DNA from: Isurus oxyrinchus
Lineage: Eukaryota
Length of the DNA: 64,000 bases
Direction: 5' to 3'
Assembly (NCBI GenBank): GCA_026770705.1
Contig: JANJGN010000056.1
Location: 2,108,001 to 2,172,000 of the forward strand
Shown here in pieces: positions 12,751-23,035 of the stretch. Numbering within the stretch: the first letter of the stretch is position 1; each line of letters opens with the position of its first letter. The position numbers were made by a program, and so were the translations under genes. A model generated the notes under the pieces. The model ran no database searches. It worked only from the letters and a program-made list of their open reading frames with translations, and had not been told where the DNA came from.

Positions 12751-12955
12751 TAAACTGATGATGTTCCTATCAAAAGAGGAATGATCATTTCCCTGTCCAC
12801 ATTTACTAAGTCCAATCCACATTTAGTATATGCTCATCTCGGGAAGCAGGTCCTGCATGTTTGGGTGAAATGCATGAGTCTTTGCTGCAACTGCAAGAGA
12901 AGTTGCCTTGTTCATCTGTGACGTCTATCTCCTTCTCTCTCTTCCTCACTTACAG

Positions 12956-13860
12956 GTAATGTTGTTGCGATTGTCATCCTTTCCAGAAGAAAGTGTGGTC
13001 TCTCCAAATGCATTACATGTTATATGATTGCAATGGCAGCGGCTGATCTCCTGTTTATTTGTACTGAAGTCATACTGAAGGAAATGCTGAATATTTATTT
13101 TCCGGATTCATTCTTGACCATGAGCACGGTATGCCATCTAATGGAGACATTGATTTATGTAGTCACTTCAGCCTCCGTCTGGTTGACATTGGTGTTCACC
13201 TTCGATCGTTTTGTGGCGATATGTTGTCTGGAACTGAGAAAAAAATATTGCACAGAGAAAACAGGTGTAGCTGTCATATCAGTAGTGAGTGTTTTGAGTT
13301 GTTTGACAAACATTCCCTGGTATTTTGCTTATGAATCTGCATATATAATTGGCAATGTACCTCGCGGTTGCAAACTAAAACAGACATTTTTCAGTTCTGC
13401 TGAATGGGCTGCATTTGATTTCTTTGTGCTAACTTTGACCCCACTTGTTCCATTCATTTTAATTTTGTTGCTAAATGTTTTGACGGTGAGACGTATTTTA
13501 GCCACCAGTAGAGTTCGCAGTGGTCTCAACGGTTGCTGCAATGGAGAGCATCACAATGATCCAGAGATAGAAAGACGAAGAAAGTCCATAATTTTACTCT
13601 TCAGTATAACCGGCAGCTTTATATTGCTTTGGACAACTCCAGTCGCATATGTTTTCTCTCTGCATACAACAATCATTTCATATTCTGGCACTAATGAACT
13701 TGGGTCAGTTGCAATCATGCTTGCGGTCCTCAGCTGCTGCACAAATACATTCATTTATGTGCTGACACAGTCTAGGTTTAGGGAGGAGCTGAAGAACGGA
13801 ATGCAATACTCTTTGAAACGGTGCGTAAAATTAGTCAAATTACAGCTGAAAACGAATTGA
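12956..13860 (+). CDS. GPR139/GPR142-like class A GPCR, copy A, coding exon 2 (spliced product 324 aa)
   Basis: Long pyrimidine tract plus tacAG at 12955, then an open frame GNVVAIVILSRRKCGLSKC...MAAADL (TM2), FTFDRFVAIC (TM3), IPW (TM4), ECL2 Cys, LVPF...LN (TM5), SFILLW (TM6), SCCTNTFIY (TM7), helix 8 FREEL, stop TGA at 13858-13860. Confidence 0.93.
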
Positions 13861-14015
13861 CATATGCAGGAGGACTTAAAAACTGTGCCTGAAGGGAGTC
13901 ACATTAGCAAAATACTTGAAGTGATGTATGCTGACTCTGGATAAAATTACATCCCAGGTGAAAATACTCTTTCATGGTGTAGTCTCAAATTGAACTCCTT
14001 TTCACTTTATTCTAT

Positions 14016-14367
14016 AATAAATGGTGGACTTGAGGCATGATGATAATAATAAAAAGAAAATTACTGAACAACCCTGGTTATAGTTGCAAGGTTTGAGAGT
14101 TTGAATTGTGATGCCAGTCTCTGATCGCATAGAGCTCATTGGAGCAGATGCTCTGATCAACAGTCCATACATCACAGGCTGGATCAAAATAACTCGAACA
14201 AGCGTAACATAGAAAAACAGCACAGATAACCTTCAATGTCTCTTCTGGGCCGAATAAGATATGGGGCAGTTTTCAGAACAGGTTTCATGAAACCTGGCTC
14301 CCCCCAAATATCCGACTGTTGCACAATGAGCTGCTACTCAGAGTTCCATATAAATCACATGATTAAA
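14016..14367 (+). terminator. Candidate polyadenylation signals of GPCR copy A
   Basis: AATAAA at 14016 and 14048 (not kept in copy B) and ATTAAA at 14362 (kept at 44645). Which one is used cannot be seen from sequence. Confidence 0.3.
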
Positions 14368-15433
14368 ACAAAGAATGCCTGGTGATCACGTGCTTTGTGA
14401 AAGACTGGGCATTGGCGCAATTGATCATATGGTAAATTTAAGACTCATTCCAACGATCTATCGGACTTAGAGACGGTTCCATATCTTGATTTCAAATTTC
14501 CCTACAATTCCTTTGCAAGCTTGCAAAACTCAAACTTAATTATTCACGAAGACAGGGACGGCCTCCTCCCCACATGCTCATACACAACAGTCTATGTTTC
14601 ATGTTTTCTGGTCTTTTCACACACACGGCCACCAAATGCTTGTTATCACAATTCACAGATGCTGTGGCGTCTGAAAATTATTAATTTGAAGTCCACTCAT
14701 CAAAACAACGAGTGAAGCTTCCACCAGATATCCGCACCAATTCCCAGCTATGAAACGTCCACTCGCTCATGGCCCAACCATAATCATCTTCCTTTCTATT
14801 CCTTTGTATTTTGTGCATGAACAAACATAATGTAATTCTTCTCTTCACATATTCTCATCATTTATTCCCATTCACTTAAACACAGATCGTAGATGCAACC
14901 ATATACAGGTTACAGCACGGAAAACAGAATTTGACCTGCCCTTTCCTTATTGGCTCCCTGAAGAGGATATGCATCGATCATCCACTCCTACTCCTTGACC
15001 ATGCTGTCTGGGTCATTCAGTTTTCTCAGATACTAACACAAAATCGCCTTAACCTTTCCTAGTTGACCAGTCTAATCATCCAGGGAAATGTTTGGCCACA
15101 AGAACGGCCAATTAAAATAGCAAATGGAACGTGCCGTTAGATAGAAACCTACACCTGCTGTCAAGGAATAAATGAACATTTAAAAAAAAAGATTCGGTCA
15201 TGGCATGAGGGTTATAGCTGGCAAGAAAAGCATTTATTGCCAAACGCCCATTGTTCTTACAGCAAAGTGAACGTGAACCACCATTTCGAACAGCTACAGT
15301 GATTGTGATATTTCGCAGACGATGCCTTTGGCCTGAATTACTAAATAACCACAAGTCGGCCACGCTAGCAATCTTTTCTAAATAGTTCCTCTGACCTTTT
15401 GGCACCTGCACTTTCCAAATATACACCCCGGCT

Positions 15434-16460
15434 GCTGAGCTCCCAGTCATTTTAGTTCCTGAGGGAACCTGATTTTCTCAGGGTAGTGACTGACGCACAA
15501 CAGTGTTTAGTTCTCTCTTCAAACATCTTTCCTCCATTGCAAAGTCAATAATGGAGATGTTCGCTGATGATGCACAATGCTCAACAGCATTCCCAACTCC
15601 TGATATAGTGAGGCAGCCTAGGCCAAACTCAGCATGTCCTGGACAATATACAGGCTTTGGCTGAAAATTGGCAAACATAATTCACACCATACATGTGCCA
15701 GGCAATCACTGTCTACAAAACAGATAATTTAACCAACGCCTGTTGACGTTCAATGGCATTAACGAATTTCCCACGAGCAGTGATTATCATTGACTGGAAA
15801 CTGAATTGGATTAGGCATATAAACACGATGTCTACAAATCCACTTCAGAGGCTAGGAATCCTGCGGAGAATAACACACCTTCCGGTTCCCCAAATCCTAT
15901 CCACCATCTTCAAGGCAAAATATAGGATTGTGATGCTCTACTCTCCACAGGCCAAGATGCTTGCTGCTCCAACAAAACTCAAGAAGCTTGACAGCATTAA
16001 GCAGAAAGAAACTGGTTGTTTGACACCACATCGACACACATTGAGTCCCTCCACAGCTGACGATCAATGGCAGCAGTGTGTGCCATCTACAAGAAGCACT
16101 TCAGCAATTCCCCAACACTCCTTAGGCAACACTTTCCAAACACACGACCGCTACCATCTAGTAGGATAAGGGGCAGCAGGCGACAGAGAGCACAAAAACC
16201 TCGAAGATTCCCACCATACACCCCCCCCCCCCCCAAACTACTTGCAACCCTGATTTCGAAATGTATTGCTGTTCCTTCTCTGTCGCTGGGTCTAAATACT
16301 GGAAATCCATCCCTAAGAGCACTGTGGGTGTACAAGTACACGAGGGACTACTGCTGTACAAGACGGCAGCTCTCCAACATCTTCACAAGGGTAAGTACTG
16401 ATTTGCAAGAAATTCTGTGCCAGCGATTGAAGCCAAAATCCCGTAATTGAATAACGAAAA
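15434..16460 (+). mobile_element. Family A LINE, 5'-truncated (RT C-terminal half to 3' tail)
   Basis: ctcagggtagtg (PQGS), atgttcgctgatgat (MFADD), ORF 15753 KLNWIRHIN...QRLGILRRI...LSTIFKA, and the tail at ~16380-16460. Confidence 0.85.
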
Positions 16461-16546
16461 TGTTGTCTATGTTGCTGCACAACTACTGCACTTTCCAGTT
16501 GTCCACTCCTAGAACGATGCTCTACCACAGTCACATCAATGTTCCA

Positions 16547-16800
16547 GCTTCTTATAAACCTCTGCTCTAGCTACTTAGCTCCCGCTCTTTTATTAAATCT
16601 CTGCTCTGGGGGAACAGCCACAGTTACTTTTTCAGTCTCTGTTTTGATTATCTAGCTCCAGCAATTTTTAAATCTCTCTTCTGGCAGCTCAGCTCCCGCT
16701 CAATTTAAGTCCCGGCATCGCAACTCTCTCCTCTTTTTTTAAAAAATACCACCTTTTGGTGCTCAGCCCCCCAGCTCTCTCTATTCAATGCTCTCACTGT
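16547..16800. repeat. Degenerate ~40-nt minisatellite (agctcccgctc-tttttaaatctct)
   Basis: The motifs ctcccgctc and ttaaatctct recur several times; paralog at 46795-47085. Confidence 0.6.
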
Positions 16801-16859
16801 CCAGCTACAGTACTAAACATATAACTAAATCTGACCTTACACCGAACATCCAACCCGGA

Positions 16860-17560
16860 ATTGGACACGGCTGAGTTTAATTGAGAATGATAACGGATTG
16901 GTAAAAGGCATGCCTTAAACTAAGAACATACTTGGAAAACAAAGTTTGCATTCTGATGTCATAGCAGGGAAAATCAAAGAAGACAATACAGGGGTTGTTG
17001 GCTGAAAAAGATTTGAGGTATTAATTGACAACTTAGCGCTGATAACGCTGATAAGAAACTTTAGGCTCATGATAGAAGGCATTAGCGGGGGGTGTCTATC
17101 CTACTGGATACAATTCGGTAACGCACCAAAACCAGAAAATTTTGGTAATCGTTTTGTTACAGTCTGGATGATTGCAGCTATTAGCTTTCCCCAATAATCT
17201 GTGTTGGACGGGTGTTGGTTTTGCTCTCTATAAACCAGCTGGATCTTGGAATATAGCACAACGTCTCAAACTGTGTTAATGATACACATATGGTGGTTGG
17301 ATGATAATCAGTCAGGATGATACGAATCCATTGCAATCGGACATGGAAAAAAGAGCAGAATTGGCAAGGAATTAGCAGATGCAATTTAATGCATTGCAGG
17401 GCAAAATGATACACTTTGGCAGAAGGGGTAGAGAGGGTCAAAGGAAGCAGAATGTCAATGTTGTAAAGAATGTGGCTGAAAAGAGTGACCAGGCTGCAGA
17501 TTCTTCGATATTTGAATGTGGTTGTCACAGCCATGCCTAGGCTATGGATAATTTTGGCAA
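16860..17560 (+). mobile_element. Old CR1-type LINE RT fragment
   Basis: ggattggtaaaaggc (HGFxKG), ttccccaa..tctgtgttgg (PQGSVLG) and tggcagatgcaatttaatg-like (WQMxFN) remnants. Confidence 0.6.
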
Positions 17561-17844
17561 ACACGCTTGGCACCGCACTTTGGGGGCAGGATGTGGGGTG
17601 CGCTGTGCTGACTTTTCAATGCGGGTGACCTTTCCTTTCTGTGTAAGATTGGGGGCGTCTGATTAGTTGACATAAATCTGCGGCCAAATTCATATTTAGA
17701 ATGCAATCAGTAGCACGTGCAGTGAGAGAAACAAGTGGATGAAATATTGCGCGGGTGAGGAGAAAAGGCAGGAAAACACGAGAAAATGAGAAAACACTGA
17801 AACGTTCTCTGGTTATTGAAGAATCAGAACTCCCCCACGATTCT

Positions 17845-18004
17845 GTTATTCAATTACGGGATTTTGGCTTTAATCGCTGGCACAGCATTTCTTGGAAATC
17901 AGTACTTACCCTTGTGAAGATGGTGGAGAGTTGCCTTCTTGTACAGCAGTAGTCCCTCGTGTACTTGTACACCTACAGTGCTCATAGGGATGGATTTCCA
18001 GGAT
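17845..18004 (-). repeat. Local inverted copy of 16299-16455 (copy A only)
   Basis: Reverse complement aligns to 16299-16455 with 8 mismatches in 157 nt and no gaps (hand count). Confidence 0.92.
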
Positions 18005-19225
18005 ACAGGAGGACGACAATTCTACGTTACCTCCTCCTCACCATTCTATCTGTTTTAGGTGCATGTAAACATGAAAGCATGAGTAAGAGTGAGCAACTCA
18101 CAACTGCATTATGGGTTAACTCCCGTGTTCACATTAAGATATCCTCCATCATATAATGTGGCTCTATGAGCGTGTTAAATGGAATAGACTTGTACTATGC
18201 TACCAACTGGAACATAGGCATCCATGAGGAGCCGTGGGAGAACAACGGCAGCAGCATTGTATATAACCACAATCTGTAACCCCTTGGGCCTGCACACACC
18301 TCACGTGGCAATTAATATCAAATTGTAGCTAAACTTTGGTTGTCAGAAGAGCATTGGCGGTGGGGGGTGAGGGTGTGATGTGGGATGCTGGCATGAGGGA
18401 ACACTGCCAGTCATTACTAAAAGTGAGATGAAATACTTTCATATACATGTTGCAAAGCTGCAACAAATGGAAACTTCCATTAGAAACATCCAAAGAAATA
18501 TGCGGTATGCAGATCAGAATGATCCCACCACAAACGGACCAGATGTTAAATGTTCAGTTTTTCCACATCCAGACATGAGTGACTGTGAACAAAACACAAG
18601 TAACTGAAGGCGGAGGCTGTGCAAACATCCACAACCTCATTGATGGGGGAGCTGAACACACGAGGGCTTACGACAAGGCAGAAATATTTGCAACAATTTC
18701 AACTATAAGTGGTGCGTCGATGATTCAAATAGGAAATACCTTTTGTCCCCAGTATCACAAATGCCAATCTTTAGCCTAATAAAGTCACTCGATGTGCTAT
18801 CAAGAGAATGCTGAAGGCATTGGATACTGCTAAGTGTCAGGACGCTGAAAAAACGCTGGCATATTATTGAGCTCGTGTGCTCCTGAGCTGGCCCAGCTGC
18901 TTCCAGCAGCTAAAACACGCGAATTTACCTGGAAGTGTAGATAGGTGCAATGGCCTTTTCTGTCCAGAAACTTAGGAAACAATCCAAGTAGATACAATGC
19001 GACCCCATTAATGTACTCACGATCATCAGAATAAAATTGTGTGGGGGTCGGGGGCGTTGACAATGCTAATTGACATTCCTTCAGCAGTAAATGGTTGGAT
19101 GATGCTCACTTTGGAATCTGCAAGGATCCCTTAGCTCCTGACCTAATTTTAAAACCGGGGCCACATATGTGCAAATCCGGTAAACTCAAGAGCTGCGGTA
19201 AGAGTAAATGCCCTTGATATCAAGG
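18005..19225 (+). mobile_element. Family A LINE, endonuclease C-terminus to RT N-terminus
   Basis: ORF 18579 GGGCANIHNLIDGGAEHTRAYDKAEIFATI matches 62600-62700. Ends at gcccttgatatcaagg (ALDIK). Confidence 0.75.
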
Positions 19226-19601
19226 GGAGATTATACCGCTCTTTCACTGCTGGGCTTGGCACACTCTGCCATGACTATACTCCAACATCCAGGCTGCTCT
19301 TTCTAGGTGGCTAAGAAATGAATTGTCAACAGAATGCTGGCATCTGTCAAATCGCCCAAAAAAACTGTCACTCCTCATGTTTTATTGCACCTCAATATTA
19401 TTTACCATTTGACAATCGATTTCATAGTAAGGTTATCGCTGCCTAAGACACATAAAGTTGGAACTGGAACAGCCCTTTGTGATTTACAAATGTATTACTG
19501 GATGCAGAAGCACAATTGGAAATCATAATGAAGTCATCAAGCAAAATGGTGACTTTCCTCCTGGCTGATTATAATTGTTCTGCCGTTTCTCTGCCTTGCA
19601 G

Positions 19602-20432
19602 TTAACTTGGTGACGACGGGAATTCTGTCGCAGGGTAAGTCTGGGCTCTCGGAATGTATCACTCGTTAACTGGTGGCCATGACAGGGGCGAATCGACTCA
19701 TCATCATCCTCGACATGATATTAACACACATTCCAATTGTTTTCCAGAAGCAGCTTCTTTTCCTGAAGTCGATTCCTGTGTTCAATATCCATACCGTTCT
19801 GATTTATGCAGCCAGTGTCCGAAACTGAAATGTAAATGTTGCACCGGAAAAACTGCGACTGTCGTCCTGGAAACAGTGACTGTGCTGATCTGCACAAAGA
19901 ACATGTTGTGGCATTTTATGGTAACAGGACTGTGCTGGGCAACGTCCCCTGGTTTTGTTAGGTACGCGGGGGTGTTTGGTTGTCGCGGTTCCAGCAGCAA
20001 TTGAGTTCACACCTGAAATTCTAAACCCCGTAGAGTACCATTTATCCTGATTCTGGTGCTCATTGTTTACACTGGCAGGCACATTTTAGTGAGCAGCTGA
20101 GCCAGGAAGAGACTCAGGCCTCACAAAAGTACGAAGAGACCCAGAGACCCAGGAATGTAAAGTTGAAAGAAAACCATTATTATGTTCATTGTACATTCAA
20201 CGAATTCCATCCTGTATGGCCAGTGCTATTGCTTTATTCTATAGGAACCAGATGTTATATTTGAGGTATCGATCTCTAATGACAGATGTGTTTGTGCTGG
20301 AATTGGATTTAATGCTGCAGCATCTTACTCCCTGCACAGGCACCTACCATCACCCAGGCTAGGTTCAGAGCCCAGTTCACGAATGTGTTCCACCATCCCT
20401 TTCCTCTAATTGTTCTTTTGCTAAACAATTGA
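19602..20432 (+). pseudogene. GPR139-like GPCR pseudogene (second subfamily), main exon, copy A
   Basis: Acceptor ccttgcAG at 19601, then NLVTTGILSQGKSGLSECITR*LVAMTGANRLIIILDMILTHIPIVF..., deleted TM3/DRF, NVPWFC*, RHILVSS*ARKRLR, DPGM*. Stops at 19667, 19959, 20098 and 20158 plus frameshifts; no exon 1 identified. Confidence 0.9.
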
Positions 20433-21049
20433 AAAGAACAGAACACTGCACAGGACAGACTCCCTGCGTGTTTCCCGGGTTTTCTGAGTTTATTCCACAT
20501 TTCTAGCTCGGAATTTGCTCTTGCACATTGGGAAAAGTTCTTCGGAGGCACCTGTCACAATGATGATGCAGTGGGTGTTGGTTGCCTCGCCATGGTGATA
20601 CAGGGGAGCGGGACTGACTTTTTGGAGACCAGATGAGGATCTGGGCTAGGAACTATAATGACAGTTCAGGTGGGGCAAGCGGCCACTACAGTGACCAAAC
20701 TTTAGCTTGTCCTCTTGCTTCGACAGCAGTGGCGGATCCTGTCTGATTTGTGAATATCACTGGCCGGCACAAACGTGCTGATCTATTGCAACAACAGATG
20801 CCTACCCACAAGCTGCCTCCATGACTAACGGGCGCAGTGGGATGGTTGTGTTTGAGTATTGCGCCAATACACTGCAGGAAGTAAAAAACTTACATTGATG
20901 GCAGGGGTGGTTTTGATATACCAGGTGCAGGAGATGATCATCGATGTGCTAATGATATAATGGGGCAGATGTTATACATAAGGCTGACAACCAAACTTGG
21001 GGCGATAAAGCATGATTTCCTGGCTGATGGCTGATGAACTTGATAGACC

Positions 21050-22100
21050 ACATGAAGCTTTTGATTTCTATTTTAGAGTGGAATAGTGTTGATACAACAG
21101 ACGCAAAGCTTGTTCATGGGAGACATACCAGTTTCACTAGGGAATGATTTACCAGGGGCAAAGGATGGAGAGAATAACGTTGGTGTAATTGTGGTGATGC
21201 ACATATCGAGGCATGTAGGGGTGAATGAGATACAAGTTATGCTGCGTTGAATGCTCACAATAAGGAGGTTCTCCAGATGGAGGGACTGATATGCCACGTA
21301 AACTAGTGAGATAGGGCGATATGTCAGGTAGATGGACGTAGATGAAGGAGGTTATGAAGCACAATCATTGGATCGTGATATATATCAGCAGCACCAGGAG
21401 AGGGGGATGGTTTGCCAGGATACTGTTGGAGGTATGGCTAGGGAGGAGAAAAAAGAACACCGGGAGTCGTATAATGGGCACAATGGGATGTGGATATATT
21501 CCTATACATTGGGATAAGTCTGGTTGCAGAACAGATCCAGAGATAAACTAGGCATGGGGCATAGTGTTTATTCATGCACAAAGTGGGTGAATAAGCAATA
21601 CGTAATGCAATGGAAGAGATGGTTGATATAAAAGGTTAACTGGCAGAGGGGTAAATATATATTACATGCTGCAGGGCAGGCAATGAGAAACAGGATTTTC
21701 CAGGGCAGAAGGAGTGTATACCAGGTACGCTGCGGGGGCTGGGGGCGGGGGAGTGTGGGGATATGCCAGGACCAATAGACGGGGAGTGATTTGTTCAGCT
21801 TGACACTGAAATAGGTGAAATATACCAAGCAAATCCGCGAAGAGGATGCATATCAGATACAATTGGGGCCCTGGGGGATATATTACAGGAAAAGCGGGGA
21901 GGAGAAGATATATACCATGAACACCGGGGGAGGGGCAGCTGCAGAAGATCCATGAGATGAACTTAAAGTGGTATACAATGAAAGGAGCGACGGGGGGAAT
22001 ATATCGCGGCCACAGTGGGGGAGTATGAGATTTTCGCCGGATGAACGGGAATTAAATTTTATCTCACTGGAGGGAGCGGTATGAAAGGGGGAGAGCAAGA
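21050..22100 (-). mobile_element. Very old non-LTR retroelement RT/C-terminal fragment (clade uncertain)
   Basis: Minus strand has SHGS...PPPVFMVYI followed by ILFAD, like PQGS-LGP-LF-IY and YADD; heavily decayed. Confidence 0.4.
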
Positions 22101-22544
22101 CCATGGCTGGTGATGGGCAGAGTAAATTCTCTCTATCTCTCCCTCTCTCATTCTCTCTCTCTCTCTCTTAAATATACGTTCAACCTCTTAAATAGTAAGT
22201 CTAATGCCTATAATAATGGTTATTGTTTCTGCATTTCAGCATTTGGCTAACTCAACTGACAAACTATTTATAAGCCTCCTTGATGATTATTTAATCACTA
22301 TGTGGTCAGGACTCTGAAACAACTGTTTCACTGTTCATGGAACTCGGACAAAAAACATCTCACTGAGCACCGTACATGGAGCAGTCAGATTTCAGGACCC
22401 GTCATTGTTTTACCTCTGTCAAGATCGCCATAGGACCTCCTGTCCCCTTGTCGGATGGAGCAGGGGATTACGGGATTCATGCAGTGATCCTGACAACTAC
22501 AGATGTAACATGAGACAGAGTCCGAAATGCAGCAGTGGAAGCCC

Positions 22545-23035
22545 TCGCATATTAGTATTGAATATAAACATAGTAAAACAACCAATGATGCTGCACCGAG
22601 CATTATATGGCAAAGTGACAACAACAAATCATATTGATATGACATATTTAACACAGTCACGTGGCTCAAGTTGCTTCAGATCAGCTCCACATAACAGAAC
22701 ATGACAACTGATCAAAGGGGTAGTCAAACGGGTCGGTCTTAAGAATTATCTTGAAGCAGAAAAGGGAGGCAGAGATTTGGAGCCGCGCTGGGGGTGGGGG
22801 GGTAAAGGGGGGGGGGGTGTTGCTGTGCGTGGCGGGGATTCCAGAGCATGAACTCTAGTCAACTGAAGGCAAGTTCAGTAATGTTGGAAACATCACATTC
22901 ACAGAGGATAATGCAGCCAGAAATAGACTACCACAGTTATCATGGTGTCTTAGGGGGGGAGGAGGAAATTACAGAGATAAGGAAGGGAAAACGAAGAGAC
23001 ATCACAGACGTCATAGTGACATTTATTCGCAAATG
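22545..23035 (-). mobile_element. L2-type LINE 3' fragment
   Basis: aacatagtaaaacaacc, ggattccagagc...ctgaaggca and gaaattacagagataaggaaggg match reverse-strand L2 3' sequence; the same family is in sense at 57880-58145. Confidence 0.6.

Noticed and set aside
19334-19528. Possible first exon of the pseudogene (ORFs 19334 and 49472)
   Set aside because: No YYP...GVP motif, and the donor-like gtaagg is gtcatg in copy B; exon 1 could not be identified.
22405-22704. ORF pair 22405/52709 with similar translations
   Set aside because: Similarity is explained by the duplication; the 3' half is L2 tail sequence and the ORF ends differ.
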